Shown one piece after another: positions 18,790 to 28,768 of a DNA stretch of 50,336 nt. The notes beneath the pieces were generated by a model. It was not told the DNA's origin. It saw nothing but the letters and a program-made list of their open reading frames with translations, and did no database searches. Each line of letters begins with the position of its first letter. The first letter of the stretch is position 1. Both the position numbers and the translations under genes were made by a program. This DNA is from a virus (lineage: Duplodnaviria > Heunggongvirae > Uroviricota > Caudoviricetes). The stretch covers positions 95,424 to 145,759 of IMG/VR virus record IMGVR_UViG_2974574029_000001; one strand, written 5' to 3'.

Positions 18790-19563
18790 ATGTCATTAAA
18801 TATCAAAATGCCAGACAGTAATTTTACCCACGTATGCGGGGTTATCCCCGCAGTAGCCAGTGGGCTTGTTGGCTTTGGCTTGATGGGGAATAATGTTGGT
18901 GTCAATCTTTACGGAAGCACAGATGCATCAGCAGTCGGAACAATCACGCAGACTGGCGAACTTGTTTCAACGCTTGGCACCAATAAATATGTCCAGACCA
19001 ACCTTAAAGCTACCAGTGACCTGACATATCTGGTGGTGGCAAAATGCTATCTCCCTGCTTCAGGTGATAACAACCTCCTCATCGGCGATAACCTGAACGC
19101 GAAAACCGATGGGACTGTTATCAACTCTACAGGCATCCTCCTGACGACGACGCAGGCGATCGGTGTTGTTGGTGTACGCAATAAGTCCACGAATGCCAAT
19201 ACCACCTACAATGCCAATGGGGCTATAGGGTTACCTACCGGGGCAGCTAATGCGGCATGGAAATGTCTTTCCTTGCGTGTTGGTGTGGCCGGAATTTCAG
19301 GCCGGACAGAGTCAGTAAACCTGGATAACCTGACAAATAGTTTGAAAGTTACACGATCAACTTTGGATACTACCACTTTTGACAGACAGACTGATCTGAC
19401 TAAAACTATCAACGTTGGCTCGATGGTTGATAGCACGACGCAGAACAACAATTTTGATATCCTCGGATATGCCATCTACAACCGCGCTTTGTCTGACACG
19501 GAACTATCAGCGGCATATGCTCAGTTGAAGGCGGTGGCTGCATCACAAGGCATTACCATTTAA
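18790..19563 (+). CDS. LamG/concanavalin-like lectin domain tail protein
   Basis: C-terminal AIYNRALSDTEL motif; coupled to the spike gene. Confidence 0.65.
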   Translation: MSLNIKMPDSNFTHVCGVIPAVASGLVGFGLMGNNVGVNLYGSTDASAVGTITQTGELVSTLGTNKYVQTNLKATSDLTYLVVAKCYLPASGDNNLLIGDNLNAKTDGTVINSTGILLTTTQAIGVVGVRNKSTNANTTYNANGAIGLPTGAANAAWKCLSLRVGVAGISGRTESVNLDNLTNSLKVTRSTLDTTTFDRQTDLTKTINVGSMVDSTTQNNNFDILGYAIYNRALSDTELSAAYAQLKAVAASQGITI

Positions 19564-19572
19564 GAGACATCG

Positions 19573-19616
19573 CGATCTCCCCTCTCAATAAAATATGCAG
19601 CAGTTTTCAGAGGGGA
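19573..19616. repeat. Inverted repeat tctcccctct...agaggggaga
   Basis: 10-bp arms, ~23-nt loop, intergenic. Confidence 0.55.
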
Positions 19617-19657
19617 GACTATGCTTCGACAGTCGTATAAGGGGATGAGGGCAAAAT

Positions 19658-20494
19658 ATGGCAACAACTGATCTCTCTGTAATAAAGATAAAAAATCTTT
19701 CTAACAGGGCCTCGGTGTTGGAGACAGATGAATTAATCATCCAGTCCTCCACAGACACTGAAAAAACCACGATAAGTAAATTCATTACGGATATTGATAT
19801 CCTTAGAAAAAGTGAAATGACAGGCTCTTCCGGGGCTTCTGTTGTGGGAACACATTCCGGAGCAACTGTTCAACAAGCACTTGACAGTCTTTCAAATAGC
19901 TTACAAAACATAGCTGGTAATTATTATTTCTCTTCTTCAGGAAATGAGGTAGGTGCTAATGTAGACACGTTATCCTTAAGTCCTTCAGAGAGAACTTATG
20001 GAGTCCAGATATCTGTCCCTTCAGCGGCATTCTCTCCGAAAACAGACAATCGGATATCTAATGGTACTACTAATCTTAGATGGAGCCAAGTTTACGCAGT
20101 AAATAGCGTAATTTCTACCTCTAATAAGAAAAAGAAAACTAATCTCCGCCAGATCTCCATCGCAGAGACTAGAGCTTTTTATGAGATTGGGAAATTAGAT
20201 TCGGTTTGGCAATGGTTGGCTAAATACTCATCTGAGAAAGGCGCAGCAAGACTTCATTCTGGCCCTACCGTTCAAGATGCAATGAGGGTGATGCTAAAGC
20301 ATGGTCTCGATTGGACGAAATATTCAGCATTCTGCTACGACAAGTGGGAAGCAGATGGTGATAGGCCAGCAGGCGAGGAGTACGCCTTTAGAAAAGAGGA
20401 GTTGTTGTTCTGGGTATTGCGGGCAACTATTGCGATGCAGGAGGACTTGGATAAGCGCCTTTCAGTCTTGGAAGAGTCTTTGTCCGGCAACTAA
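19658..20494 (+). CDS. Short tail fibre with C-terminal intramolecular chaperone (peptidase S74-like)
   Basis: LRWSQVYA..SVISTS.K.KKTNL motif, then H.GPTVQ and Y.FR.EEL. Confidence 0.75.
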   Translation: MATTDLSVIKIKNLSNRASVLETDELIIQSSTDTEKTTISKFITDIDILRKSEMTGSSGASVVGTHSGATVQQALDSLSNSLQNIAGNYYFSSSGNEVGANVDTLSLSPSERTYGVQISVPSAAFSPKTDNRISNGTTNLRWSQVYAVNSVISTSNKKKKTNLRQISIAETRAFYEIGKLDSVWQWLAKYSSEKGAARLHSGPTVQDAMRVMLKHGLDWTKYSAFCYDKWEADGDRPAGEEYAFRKEELLFWVLRATIAMQEDLDKRLSVLEESLSGN

Positions 20495-20495
20495 C

Positions 20496-20518
20496 CACTC
20501 CGGGGTGTTTTTTTTTCA
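20496..20518 (+). terminator. Short-stem terminator
   Basis: cact-ccgg-ggtg plus long T-run. Confidence 0.5.
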
Positions 20519-20540
20519 TTTATGGCCTTCCCCCATCTAT

Positions 20541-20569
20541 TTGCAAAACACTGCTACGTATGGTAAAAT
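20541..20569 (+). promoter_or_regulatory. Promoter TTGCAA-17-TAAAAT
   Basis: tatggTAAAAT extended -10. Confidence 0.65.
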
Positions 20570-20604
20570 ATACAAAAGAATCATGGTCCTGAAAGGAGGA
20601 CGAA

Positions 20605-22098
20605 TTGGCAACTCAATATGGATTGAGCGATTACGGTTTCACTATCCCCTCTCTTGATGACCTTATCGCAGACACAAAACAGACCCTCATTAGAACTTTC
20701 GGTGAAAATTTCAACACGCAAGCTAACACAATTGCTGACAAGTTGACAACCATCTTTAACGAGAGAGAATACCAGATTATCCTTCTGGCAGCATCCATCT
20801 ATTCCGCTCAGACCCTTGCTGGGGCTGAAGGTATTTACCTTGATGAGTTGCTTTCCAGAAGAGGTGTTTATCGTCGAGGAAAAACAAAAAGTTCAGGGTC
20901 TGTTGAGATGACAGTTAACAATACTGTCCCTTACAATATGGTCTATTCCCAGAGCACGTACACCTTAGACAGTGGGACATTTGTTCTTAATGATGATACC
21001 CCCCTCGCAGGAAACATCTTAGCACAAAAGATTCTCAACAAGGATTGGGTTGTAGGAACTTATAGTTTTCAAATTAACAACCAAAATACTGGAACAACGA
21101 GTCAGACAACTCTCCAACTGACAAATAAAACCCCCAACAGCCCTCAACTTAACACCTTTTTGGCTGCGGTGAAAAGCTTTATCGTCAGCAATACCTCGGA
21201 ATTGAATGATGAAAGAATCCTCATTGACTCTCCGAATGGGGCATTGTATATTGGATATAATGCTAACCTTGAAATGATTGGTCTTAACAGCCGTGTTGAT
21301 TTTAGAACATCACCGATTGTTGGTGAGCGTACCATCACAATGGATGTTATTGCGATGGAAGCCGGTGAGTTATCGAGAGAAAAGGATACAATAACCTCTA
21401 TTTCCCCAACACCGGGTGGATTCATCAGCCTTAACAACATGAATGCCTTCGCAGAGGGTACAGACGTTGAGACTGACACCGAATACAAGGTCAGAGCTTC
21501 TAACACAACAGCATCGAGTGCTGCTGCGACCAGACCTGCTGTGATAAGTGCAGTTCTTGGGGTGAGTGGTGTAAGTAAGGTTAAAATCTTCTCAAATAAT
21601 ACTGGGGTTACTGATCAGAACGGCATACCCCCATACAAGTTTGAGACCGTAGTGTATGGTGGGTCTACAGAAGATATTAGCAAGGCACTTTATAATTCAA
21701 TCGCTTTGTCTAACGCTACCTATGGTAATGTTTTTTATGATGTCCCTACTGAGGATAATCAGACAGAACGAATTTATCACAGCAAGGCGCAGGCAAGGGA
21801 TTTGGCGATCCGTGTCCGTTATAAAGGAAAGGTTCTCTCAACCACTGAACAGGATACCATAAAGTCCGCCCTCAAAGGTGTTATTGACCCGCTTAACATT
21901 GCTGATACTTTATACAACATTCAGCTTGTATCTGCTGTAGGTTCTTCTATATCTGCTGGTAGATTTACGCAACTTTATGTGGATGTCAAGAACGTTAATG
22001 ACCCGGATTCCTCCTATACAACCGCTGATGTTGTTGCCGGTATGGATGAGGTATTCTCTATCGACACTGATAATATTACATTCCTACAGATAATCTAA
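20605..22098 (+). CDS. Baseplate J-like wedge protein (TTG start)
   Basis: RBS aaggagg; A.G..LD, G.DVETD.EY..R and GVSKV motifs. Confidence 0.85.
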   Translation: MATQYGLSDYGFTIPSLDDLIADTKQTLIRTFGENFNTQANTIADKLTTIFNEREYQIILLAASIYSAQTLAGAEGIYLDELLSRRGVYRRGKTKSSGSVEMTVNNTVPYNMVYSQSTYTLDSGTFVLNDDTPLAGNILAQKILNKDWVVGTYSFQINNQNTGTTSQTTLQLTNKTPNSPQLNTFLAAVKSFIVSNTSELNDERILIDSPNGALYIGYNANLEMIGLNSRVDFRTSPIVGERTITMDVIAMEAGELSREKDTITSISPTPGGFISLNNMNAFAEGTDVETDTEYKVRASNTTASSAAATRPAVISAVLGVSGVSKVKIFSNNTGVTDQNGIPPYKFETVVYGGSTEDISKALYNSIALSNATYGNVFYDVPTEDNQTERIYHSKAQARDLAIRVRYKGKVLSTTEQDTIKSALKGVIDPLNIADTLYNIQLVSAVGSSISAGRFTQLYVDVKNVNDPDSSYTTADVVAGMDEVFSIDTDNITFLQII

Positions 22099-22106
22099 GA
22101 GGGATT

Positions 22107-22736
22107 ATGGCAGATACGATAAAAGATGTCAACCACATCCATCCATTGGATGATTTCGTTTCAGACGGTATTGACTACCTGCCGGGGGATTTTTTACGGG
22201 AAAAAGAAAACCTTGTAAAATTTTTATCCGTGTATTTGGAACGAATGAAGGCTGTAGATGAGATGATGGTCAATCTTGCAGAAGGGCGTCTCCTCCAAAA
22301 TGCCGGAGGGGTCAACTTGGATGAGATTGGTGCTCAAGTAGGGATTGATAGAAATGGCTTGAGTGATATGAATTATCGTGCTATTATCACAATCCTACTC
22401 TCAAGTACGGCAAAACACGGTACAAGACCCGAGGTGATTGGTACTTTGAAGCAACTTTTTGGGGCTGAAAATTTCACTACTTACAAAGGCGATAATTACC
22501 GCTTCGATATAAATATTTTCAACAGTTGTTTTGAAATAGAGACCGCCATACAAGAGATAAAAGATATGCTGCCTATGCCAACATATCTCAGGCTGGTAAA
22601 GTCGGAGGGGTTACCTTTCGGTTTTAAAGGCGATTCTTATGCAATAGGCTTTGGGTCTGTAAGCACCTCTCGTACAGGCCCTGGTGGCCTGTCCAGTCTT
22701 ATCCACACCTCCGAAGAAGAGAACACACTATTATAA
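22107..22736 (+). CDS. Baseplate wedge subunit (gpI/DUF2612-like)
   Basis: A.G..LDEIG..VG..R....D..YR motif; follows J-like gene. Confidence 0.8.
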   Translation: MADTIKDVNHIHPLDDFVSDGIDYLPGDFLREKENLVKFLSVYLERMKAVDEMMVNLAEGRLLQNAGGVNLDEIGAQVGIDRNGLSDMNYRAIITILLSSTAKHGTRPEVIGTLKQLFGAENFTTYKGDNYRFDINIFNSCFEIETAIQEIKDMLPMPTYLRLVKSEGLPFGFKGDSYAIGFGSVSTSRTGPGGLSSLIHTSEEENTLL

Positions 22737-22745
22737 GGGAGAATC

Positions 22746-23782
22746 ATGGCAATTCCTACTATTCCTCTTCAGATATGGCTGAAAGTGACGTCATATTACC
22801 AAACGCCCATACTGCAAATAAAATCTCCCCTATTATCGACCTCTGGGATAAGGGGTGGGATTTGGGTGAGAAACCCGCTTGTGAAGAACTTAACTATGTT
22901 CTTAACATGATGACCTGGTGGATGAAGTACATCTCAGATGAGCAAATACCGGGTATGTCAAATGACTATTTAAGAAAAGACCAAAATTTAAATGATGTCT
23001 CAGATAAGACCGTTGCCCGTGATAATCTAGAGGTCTATAGTAAGACAGATAGTGACAATCGTTATGTGAACGTGGCTGGTGATGTGATGACAGGGGCTTT
23101 AACAGTCCCTAGAATCACTTTTCCATCAGATATAAGCGATACGGCATATATCACAACTACGGTAGGCGCTGATTTAACATACTTAGATTTTGTAATCGGA
23201 GATAACCCCGGTACGGCGGGCAGTGCTACCGTGGATTCCATGCGTTTTCGATTCTCACCCACTGATGCTTCTTCCATCTTTACCATGATGGAGTTGAATG
23301 CCACTGGCACAAATGCTGCGCTGTTAAGAGTACAAGGAAATATTACAGCCACCGGGACGATGACGACAGGGGCTTTAGCATCGACAACCATTAATAATGG
23401 TGGTAATATCAAGACCAACAGTCTAGGTGTGAATGCCACAGCTACTGTGCAAAATTTAGTGGTTAACTCCAATAATGCAACAGTTGGTAATCGCCAAATT
23501 GTAAGATCAGTAAATAATGCTGCCGCCAATGCTAATGGGGATGTTTTCATCAGTATCGGTGTTTCAGATATTCGCTGGAGTGGTGAGCAAAGTAAAGTCC
23601 AAGTGAATTTTGAGAACTATGGGACCAGCGGTCGTTTTGCACGCGGTCCTGATGGATCAGTATTGATTGGGTTGATAGATGCCAACGCCAGTGGTGATCT
23701 TTATCTTCACGACATTGATGAGATAAGATTTCGTTTTTTACAAAAAGCCCTTGATGGGGTTTGGTATACCGTGGGGCTATAA
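22746..23782 (+). CDS. Tail fibre (345 aa after restoring one G at 22777-22778)
   Basis: ATG 22746 with RBS ggaga joins as QIWAESD; GW..GEKP..EELNY anchor; LRKDQNL.DV.DK..AR.NL repeat. Confidence 0.8.
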
Positions 23783-24255
23783 TGAAAATAACAGATCTAA
23801 AATGGACAAGATATGTACCAGAGACCACCATTGTCCCGGGTGCATTATATCTTAAAAATGAAAAAGGTCAAGACTGGTATCAGTATGTATCTTCTATAAA
23901 AAAAGAAGGTACTTACATTCAATATGATGAGAATGGCCAGGTCTATATGGTAAATACGGATCCCACAAAATTTTTTCCTGAGGAATGCTATTTTAGGTCC
24001 GTAAAAAAAATTCCTGATGATTTTTCAAATAGAACATACATCTTTAATGGTGAAGATTTTGAAAAAATTGAATGGATGGAAGATAGGATTTTTGAAAATA
24101 AGAAGCAAGGACTTTTCCAAAGAGCCGCTATCCTTTTATCCACCTATGCCGCACTGGGAGAAGAAGGTAAGGTGGAAATGATGAAACAATATATCATAGA
24201 CCTCCGAGGTTGGTCCAAGGGAGAAACCCAGCCGGAACTTCCACAGACGGCCTAA
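23782..24255 (+). CDS. Tail fibre assembly chaperone
   Basis: YLKNEKGQDWY motif; TAATG coupling to the fibre gene. Confidence 0.75.
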   Translation: MKITDLKWTRYVPETTIVPGALYLKNEKGQDWYQYVSSIKKEGTYIQYDENGQVYMVNTDPTKFFPEECYFRSVKKIPDDFSNRTYIFNGEDFEKIEWMEDRIFENKKQGLFQRAAILLSTYAALGEEGKVEMMKQYIIDLRGWSKGETQPELPQTA

Positions 24256-24264
24256 GGAGGCGCT

Positions 24265-24579
24265 ATGTCTATCGACCTGTTTGCTATCCTGAAGGCGGTA
24301 TGGGGTGTCATTACTTTTGTTCTAATCGGGGTGTTAAGGGTAACATACTCCGACTACAAGAAGACCCAAGAGCGACTTGATGAGTTAGACAAAGATATCA
24401 TCCGCATACGGGCCGAAATGGTCACGAAAGAAAAGCTGGATGATATCTTGGATAAGAAGCTAAAAGCAATTAGGGATGATGTTTCAGACCTCAGAAAGGA
24501 CATCAAAGAGGATGTTGGTGATTTAAGAACAGACCTCACCAAACAATTCCAGATGTTAATGGAGAGATCCACAAAATGA
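24265..24579 (+). CDS. Single-TM coiled-coil membrane protein (holin/antiholin candidate)
   Basis: RBS aaggagg; N-terminal TM helix; charged coiled coil. Confidence 0.6.
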   Translation: MSIDLFAILKAVWGVITFVLIGVLRVTYSDYKKTQERLDELDKDIIRIRAEMVTKEKLDDILDKKLKAIRDDVSDLRKDIKEDVGDLRTDLTKQFQMLMERSTK

Positions 24580-25049
24580 TAAGCTCAGTGTTCTATTTTC
24601 TGTGCTTTATTGTTTTGTTGTTTCATTCAGATAAAGGTATAAGGACTATGTCTGCTTTTGGCATGGTCCATATCTTTCTTGAGAACACCCTTCTATGGTG
24701 GTTTTCTTCAAACACCCAGTTTTTCGACCTATCTCTTTATCTCAATCTTTGTTGGTTCCTGGATATCTCACTTATCTTTGGTGCTGCGTGTATATTATCG
24801 GGATGGAAGAAAAAGCTAACACTCTCTGTAGCAGTACCAATCCTCTTCTGCCAGATAATATCTATGCAGTTTCCGTTCATAATCCCCGAACTTCTTGACT
24901 TTGTAATAAACTCCTCCTACCAGACTTGGATGGAAGTTATCATACTTTGTGCAAATTTTAAAGACACGACGGTAAAGGAATGGATAAAAACGGCAACTGT
25001 CATAAGCTTATTGGTGCTTGCCAGAGTATTACCATTCCTCGCCCATTGA
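24576..25049 (+). CDS. Multi-pass membrane protein
   Basis: Several hydrophobic segments; ATGA overlap. Confidence 0.65.
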   Translation: MISSVFYFLCFIVLLFHSDKGIRTMSAFGMVHIFLENTLLWWFSSNTQFFDLSLYLNLCWFLDISLIFGAACILSGWKKKLTLSVAVPILFCQIISMQFPFIIPELLDFVINSSYQTWMEVIILCANFKDTTVKEWIKTATVISLLVLARVLPFLAH

Positions 25050-25062
25050 TCTCTGAGGTAAA

Positions 25063-25338
25063 ATGCCAACTCGAATAATGAAGTTCCTAAAGGACTTAGT
25101 CAGGTCTCCCATAGATCCTGACAAAGCCTCACATACCAAGTTTTGGAGCAATATAGGTCTGGCATCCATGACGGCTGTTTTCCTGTACTGGGGATTTAAA
25201 GGGACCCTTACAGAATGGTACATGTGGGTATATGCCCCTACCGTAGCAGCTCCACAACTTATAAGCAAGCTGATCTCACTTCGCTGGGGTTTAGCTATAA
25301 AGGCAGCGGAAGATGAAGATAAACAAGAAATTAAATAA
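25063..25338 (+). CDS. Putative holin (two TM segments)
   Basis: DLVRSP...SHTKFWSNIG motif; two TM helices; charged C-terminus. Confidence 0.55.
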   Translation: MPTRIMKFLKDLVRSPIDPDKASHTKFWSNIGLASMTAVFLYWGFKGTLTEWYMWVYAPTVAAPQLISKLISLRWGLAIKAAEDEDKQEIK

Positions 25339-25349
25339 GGAGACCTTAA

Positions 25350-27107
25350 ATGGCTGATACAACACAATTTGAACAGGCTGTGGATCAGGTTATCGAGGAT
25401 TCTGAGCGTCTCCATAAGGTGGTCAACGGATCGGCGATCGATACTGTTATTGTAGAAGATGGTAGCACTATTCCGACATTGCGTAAAGCACTTCTCGATA
25501 ATGTGTATTTTAAAACACCACCGCAACCTTGGGCTGCGGGGACACAGGCAACAGTTTTTAACCAACTGTATTCATTTACGTCTTCAGCCGGAACATTCTG
25601 GTGGTATGCCCCTGGTGCGTCACCATCCACACCTGTGACCTTACCTGCGGACCCATCTACAAGTACCGCCTGGAAAGTTTACAATGACTCCGTTGTGGTT
25701 TCTGAAAAATATGCACCTCTAAACACCCCTGCATTTGTCGGTTCTCCGACAGCGCCTACTCCGGCTCAGGGAAGTAATAGTGGTGCGATAGCGACAACTG
25801 CATTTGTCAACTTAGCTGTCGCAGCAGCAATCAACTCCCTTACGGGGTCTTCTCCAAATTATGCTGCTCTTACGGTAGTTGGTGCTTCAACCCTTAACAC
25901 ATTGGTTGTTTCGGGGACATCACAATTTGGTGGGACGATTGATGCCTCTGGTGTACTTGGTAAATTCCAGAAAATTTCGTTATCTGGACAAACTGCCACG
26001 CTTTCTTTTGATTACACCGCTGCATCCAACTATCTGAAGACTATCATATCCCCGAACTCTGTTCAAACCAACAATCTGACTTCCGCAATTATTGTGAATG
26101 GGACAGCTAGTGCAGACAACACCACAATGTCATTAACTGGTGTCGGTAATAACACCTTTGACTATGTGTACATCCGAGGGAACTCTTCCAAGGCCTCTAC
26201 GGAACCAAGGCTTAAGGTAACCGGAACGACAGAGCTTGAAAACGTAAGAGTAACAGGTTCGTTGTCCGGTGTCAACGTCGGTGTTGATGGCTTAGATATT
26301 CTTCCCAACTCCATTGTCACAACGACAACAGCGAGATAGGGTCTGATCTAACTGTAAACGGTGTAACAACTCTCGGAAGTACCTCTATTCAGAATTTAGG
26401 TGTGGTAAGCTCATTAACAGTAAATGGGAACAGCACATTAACTGGAGGATTTACAGCCGGAAGTGCTAGCTCTGTTGCAGGTAATCTATCCATCACAGGC
26501 CTGCTTGCAATTACTGGGGAAGCTACGGTAAGCACCAACCTTACAGTTACTGGAAACGCTAACCTGAATAATGGTGGGACAGGCACAACCACCGTAAACA
26601 ACCTTAACGTACTTGGTACTTTGACTGGTGTTTCAATCGATGTCAATGGGAAGGACATCAGCTAAATCCGTCTTGGCAACCACCACAATAGAGGCATACG
26701 GGTCTTTAAAAGGTGCATCTCTCGTTATTACAGGTGAGGCAACGGTTCCTAAGGTCACTGCGAATTTCGTGGGGACAACACCGGGTTCTGTTACCACACC
26801 TTCCGCAGGGACAACCTGGACACCGGGAGGAACAGGCTCCGATCTGACGAAGATGAATAACATCTATAACGTGGATGTGACAAATACTTTGACTATCGGA
26901 CCTTGGGCAAATCTTGGTAGTGCTTTTACTGCTACGATTTATCTGTTCCAGGATGCAACTGGCGGACATGCAGTCACCCTCGATGCGTCTTATAAAATCG
27001 TAAATGGCGGTACGATCAGCACCGCTGCAAATTCAGTTACAATTCTACAAGTGACCTATTGTGGAAGAGGGACTGTATATGATGTTGCTATCTATCAAAG
27101 ACCGTAA
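25350..27107 (+). CDS. Long tail fibre-like protein, broken by indels at ~26333 and ~26660
   Basis: LHKVVNG...IPTLRK anchor; AP...P.F.G.PTAPT...IATTAFV repeat; three ORFs join in frame. Confidence 0.75.
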
Positions 27108-27108
27108 T

Positions 27109-27140
27109 AAAAAAGGCTCCCAAATGGGAGCCTTTTCTTT
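27109..27140. terminator. Bidirectional terminator between late and early/middle blocks
   Basis: aaaaaaggctccc-aaat-gggagccttttcttt. Confidence 0.9.
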
Positions 27141-27565
27141 TATACAGCATTCTTTGCTTCGCCATGTTTCCTGTGCCACTCTTCATGATGAATAGGGCAT
27201 AGCCACATAATCTCTAAAGGTTTATCGTAATCACAATGATGAGCCTGTACATCTTGGCTTCCGCAAACTTCACAAGGTTGTTTAAATAGCTTGCCATCAC
27301 GGATCGCGTTTCCTGTCTTTATGTGTACAGACCTTTTCTTCGGATTTTTCTCGATATACTTACGCTTTGCTCTTGTAGCCGCCTCTCTTCCAATACCTTT
27401 TACGTATCGCTCTTTCATTGCCTTACGTTCCGGGTCTTGGTCTCTGATGCGGTCACGTTCCTTAAGACAAAGCTTACATGATGCTGTGAATCCATCCTTG
27501 GAGGCCCTTCGGATCTGGAATTGTTCAAGGGGCTTTTCAGCCCCGCAATTAGAACACCGTTTCAT
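27140..27565 (-). CDS. HNH endonuclease with Zn-ribbon
   Basis: CxxC..EKPLEQF; CEVCG...AHH.DY.KPL...WLC..HH. Confidence 0.75.
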   Translation of the reverse strand: MKRCSNCGAEKPLEQFQIRRASKDGFTASCKLCLKERDRIRDQDPERKAMKERYVKGIGREAATRAKRKYIEKNPKKRSVHIKTGNAIRDGKLFKQPCEVCGSQDVQAHHCDYDKPLEIMWLCPIHHEEWHRKHGEAKNAV

Positions 27566-27567
27566 TA

Positions 27568-28755
27568 TCAAAAGGGGATCTGGTCATCGAAGTCCATCGG
27601 TGGTTCATCAAAATCCATAGCCGGAGCCTCTTGAGCAGGAGGTGTCGTTAAACGCTCCTGAACGGGCTGTGGCGGGGTTTGATCGTTACCCTTGGCACTT
27701 TCACTAATGAACGTATAAAGAGGCTCAGAGAGCTTTGTATACACGTCTTTGGCTGCATCTAAGATCGCTTCTTCAGAGACATTCGACTTAGCATTGAAAC
27801 GGCTACATGCAACCAGGATTGCGTTACCTGCACTTGCACCGACCGGGTTAGAATCGACTGGCTTGCCAGTACGTTCTGCAACGAATGCTTTCATATCTAT
27901 GGTTGCCCGGTGAATAGCTTTCGCTGTTTCTAGCTCGTCCTTCACTTTGTAACCCGCACCCATCAGTTCTTTCAGACCGTTAATAGCATGGCCTGTTTCA
28001 ACACCAACTTGGTCGTATCCACCACTCTTTTTACCACCAGAACTACCGCTGTTCTGACCTGCTGGGCCATAAGCTTTGAATCCGTTCAGAATGTTGCCAT
28101 TAGACATGTCTACAAATGCAGTCAGTCGTCCACCAACAGATACCTGAGACAGCTGTTCATCGGAAAGAACTACACCACCAGGGCCATTCTTCTCATCATT
28201 AACAGTCGCAAGATTACCTACGATTTCGGTGATTTCTCCGAAAATCTTAACACCACCGCCAGACTGTGCTGCCGGGGCAGAAGACTGCTGCTGACGAGGT
28301 GCAGCCTGACCAGCTTTACTTTCATCCAGAATGCTGAATGTCTTACCACTCAGAGTGCCGTTGATATAGGTCTTATCCCCATTCTTAGTGACTTTCAGCG
28401 GGAAAGATACGACCATGCCAGTCAAAATATCCTTATATCCGGAATCAAACTTGACCTGAACTTTGTCAGTGTGGCTGGCTTGAAGTTTCTTCTCGCCCAT
28501 ACCTACCCATTCGCCCTGACCTTGAGGATCGATAACATTGTTGTTCTCATCAACGGCCTGCATCAGGAAGCTGATACTATGGGTTGCTTCGATTACCTTA
28601 GCAGGCTGACCGTTACGTGCAGGGATATGGGTACGCTTAACACCGTCCTGGTCGGCATTCTTCACAGGCTTGATGCTGATGAATTTGATGCTGCCTTTTG
28701 CGAAATGGTCAACTTTGCCTGTCGCTGGGTTTTTAAACTCAATTACTACGCTCAT
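27568..28755 (-). CDS. ssb: Putative single-stranded DNA-binding protein (395 aa)
   Basis: Start MSVVIEFK (RBS aaggag); acidic tail EPPMDFDDQIPF. Confidence 0.6.
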   Translation of the reverse strand: MSVVIEFKNPATGKVDHFAKGSIKFISIKPVKNADQDGVKRTHIPARNGQPAKVIEATHSISFLMQAVDENNNVIDPQGQGEWVGMGEKKLQASHTDKVQVKFDSGYKDILTGMVVSFPLKVTKNGDKTYINGTLSGKTFSILDESKAGQAAPRQQQSSAPAAQSGGGVKIFGEITEIVGNLATVNDEKNGPGGVVLSDEQLSQVSVGGRLTAFVDMSNGNILNGFKAYGPAGQNSGSSGGKKSGGYDQVGVETGHAINGLKELMGAGYKVKDELETAKAIHRATIDMKAFVAERTGKPVDSNPVGASAGNAILVACSRFNAKSNVSEEAILDAAKDVYTKLSEPLYTFISESAKGNDQTPPQPVQERLTTPPAQEAPAMDFDEPPMDFDDQIPF

Positions 28756-28768
28756 CTTCTCTCCTTTA

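Noticed and set aside
19573-19616. Inverted repeat as a terminator or invertible-element end
   Set aside because: Long loop, no U-tract, no second copy or invertase seen; kept only as a repeat feature
25350-27107. Three separate fibre genes
   Set aside because: No RBS for the later pieces; the internal repeat (GLDILPNSIV vs GKDISAKSVL) keeps its spacing across the break
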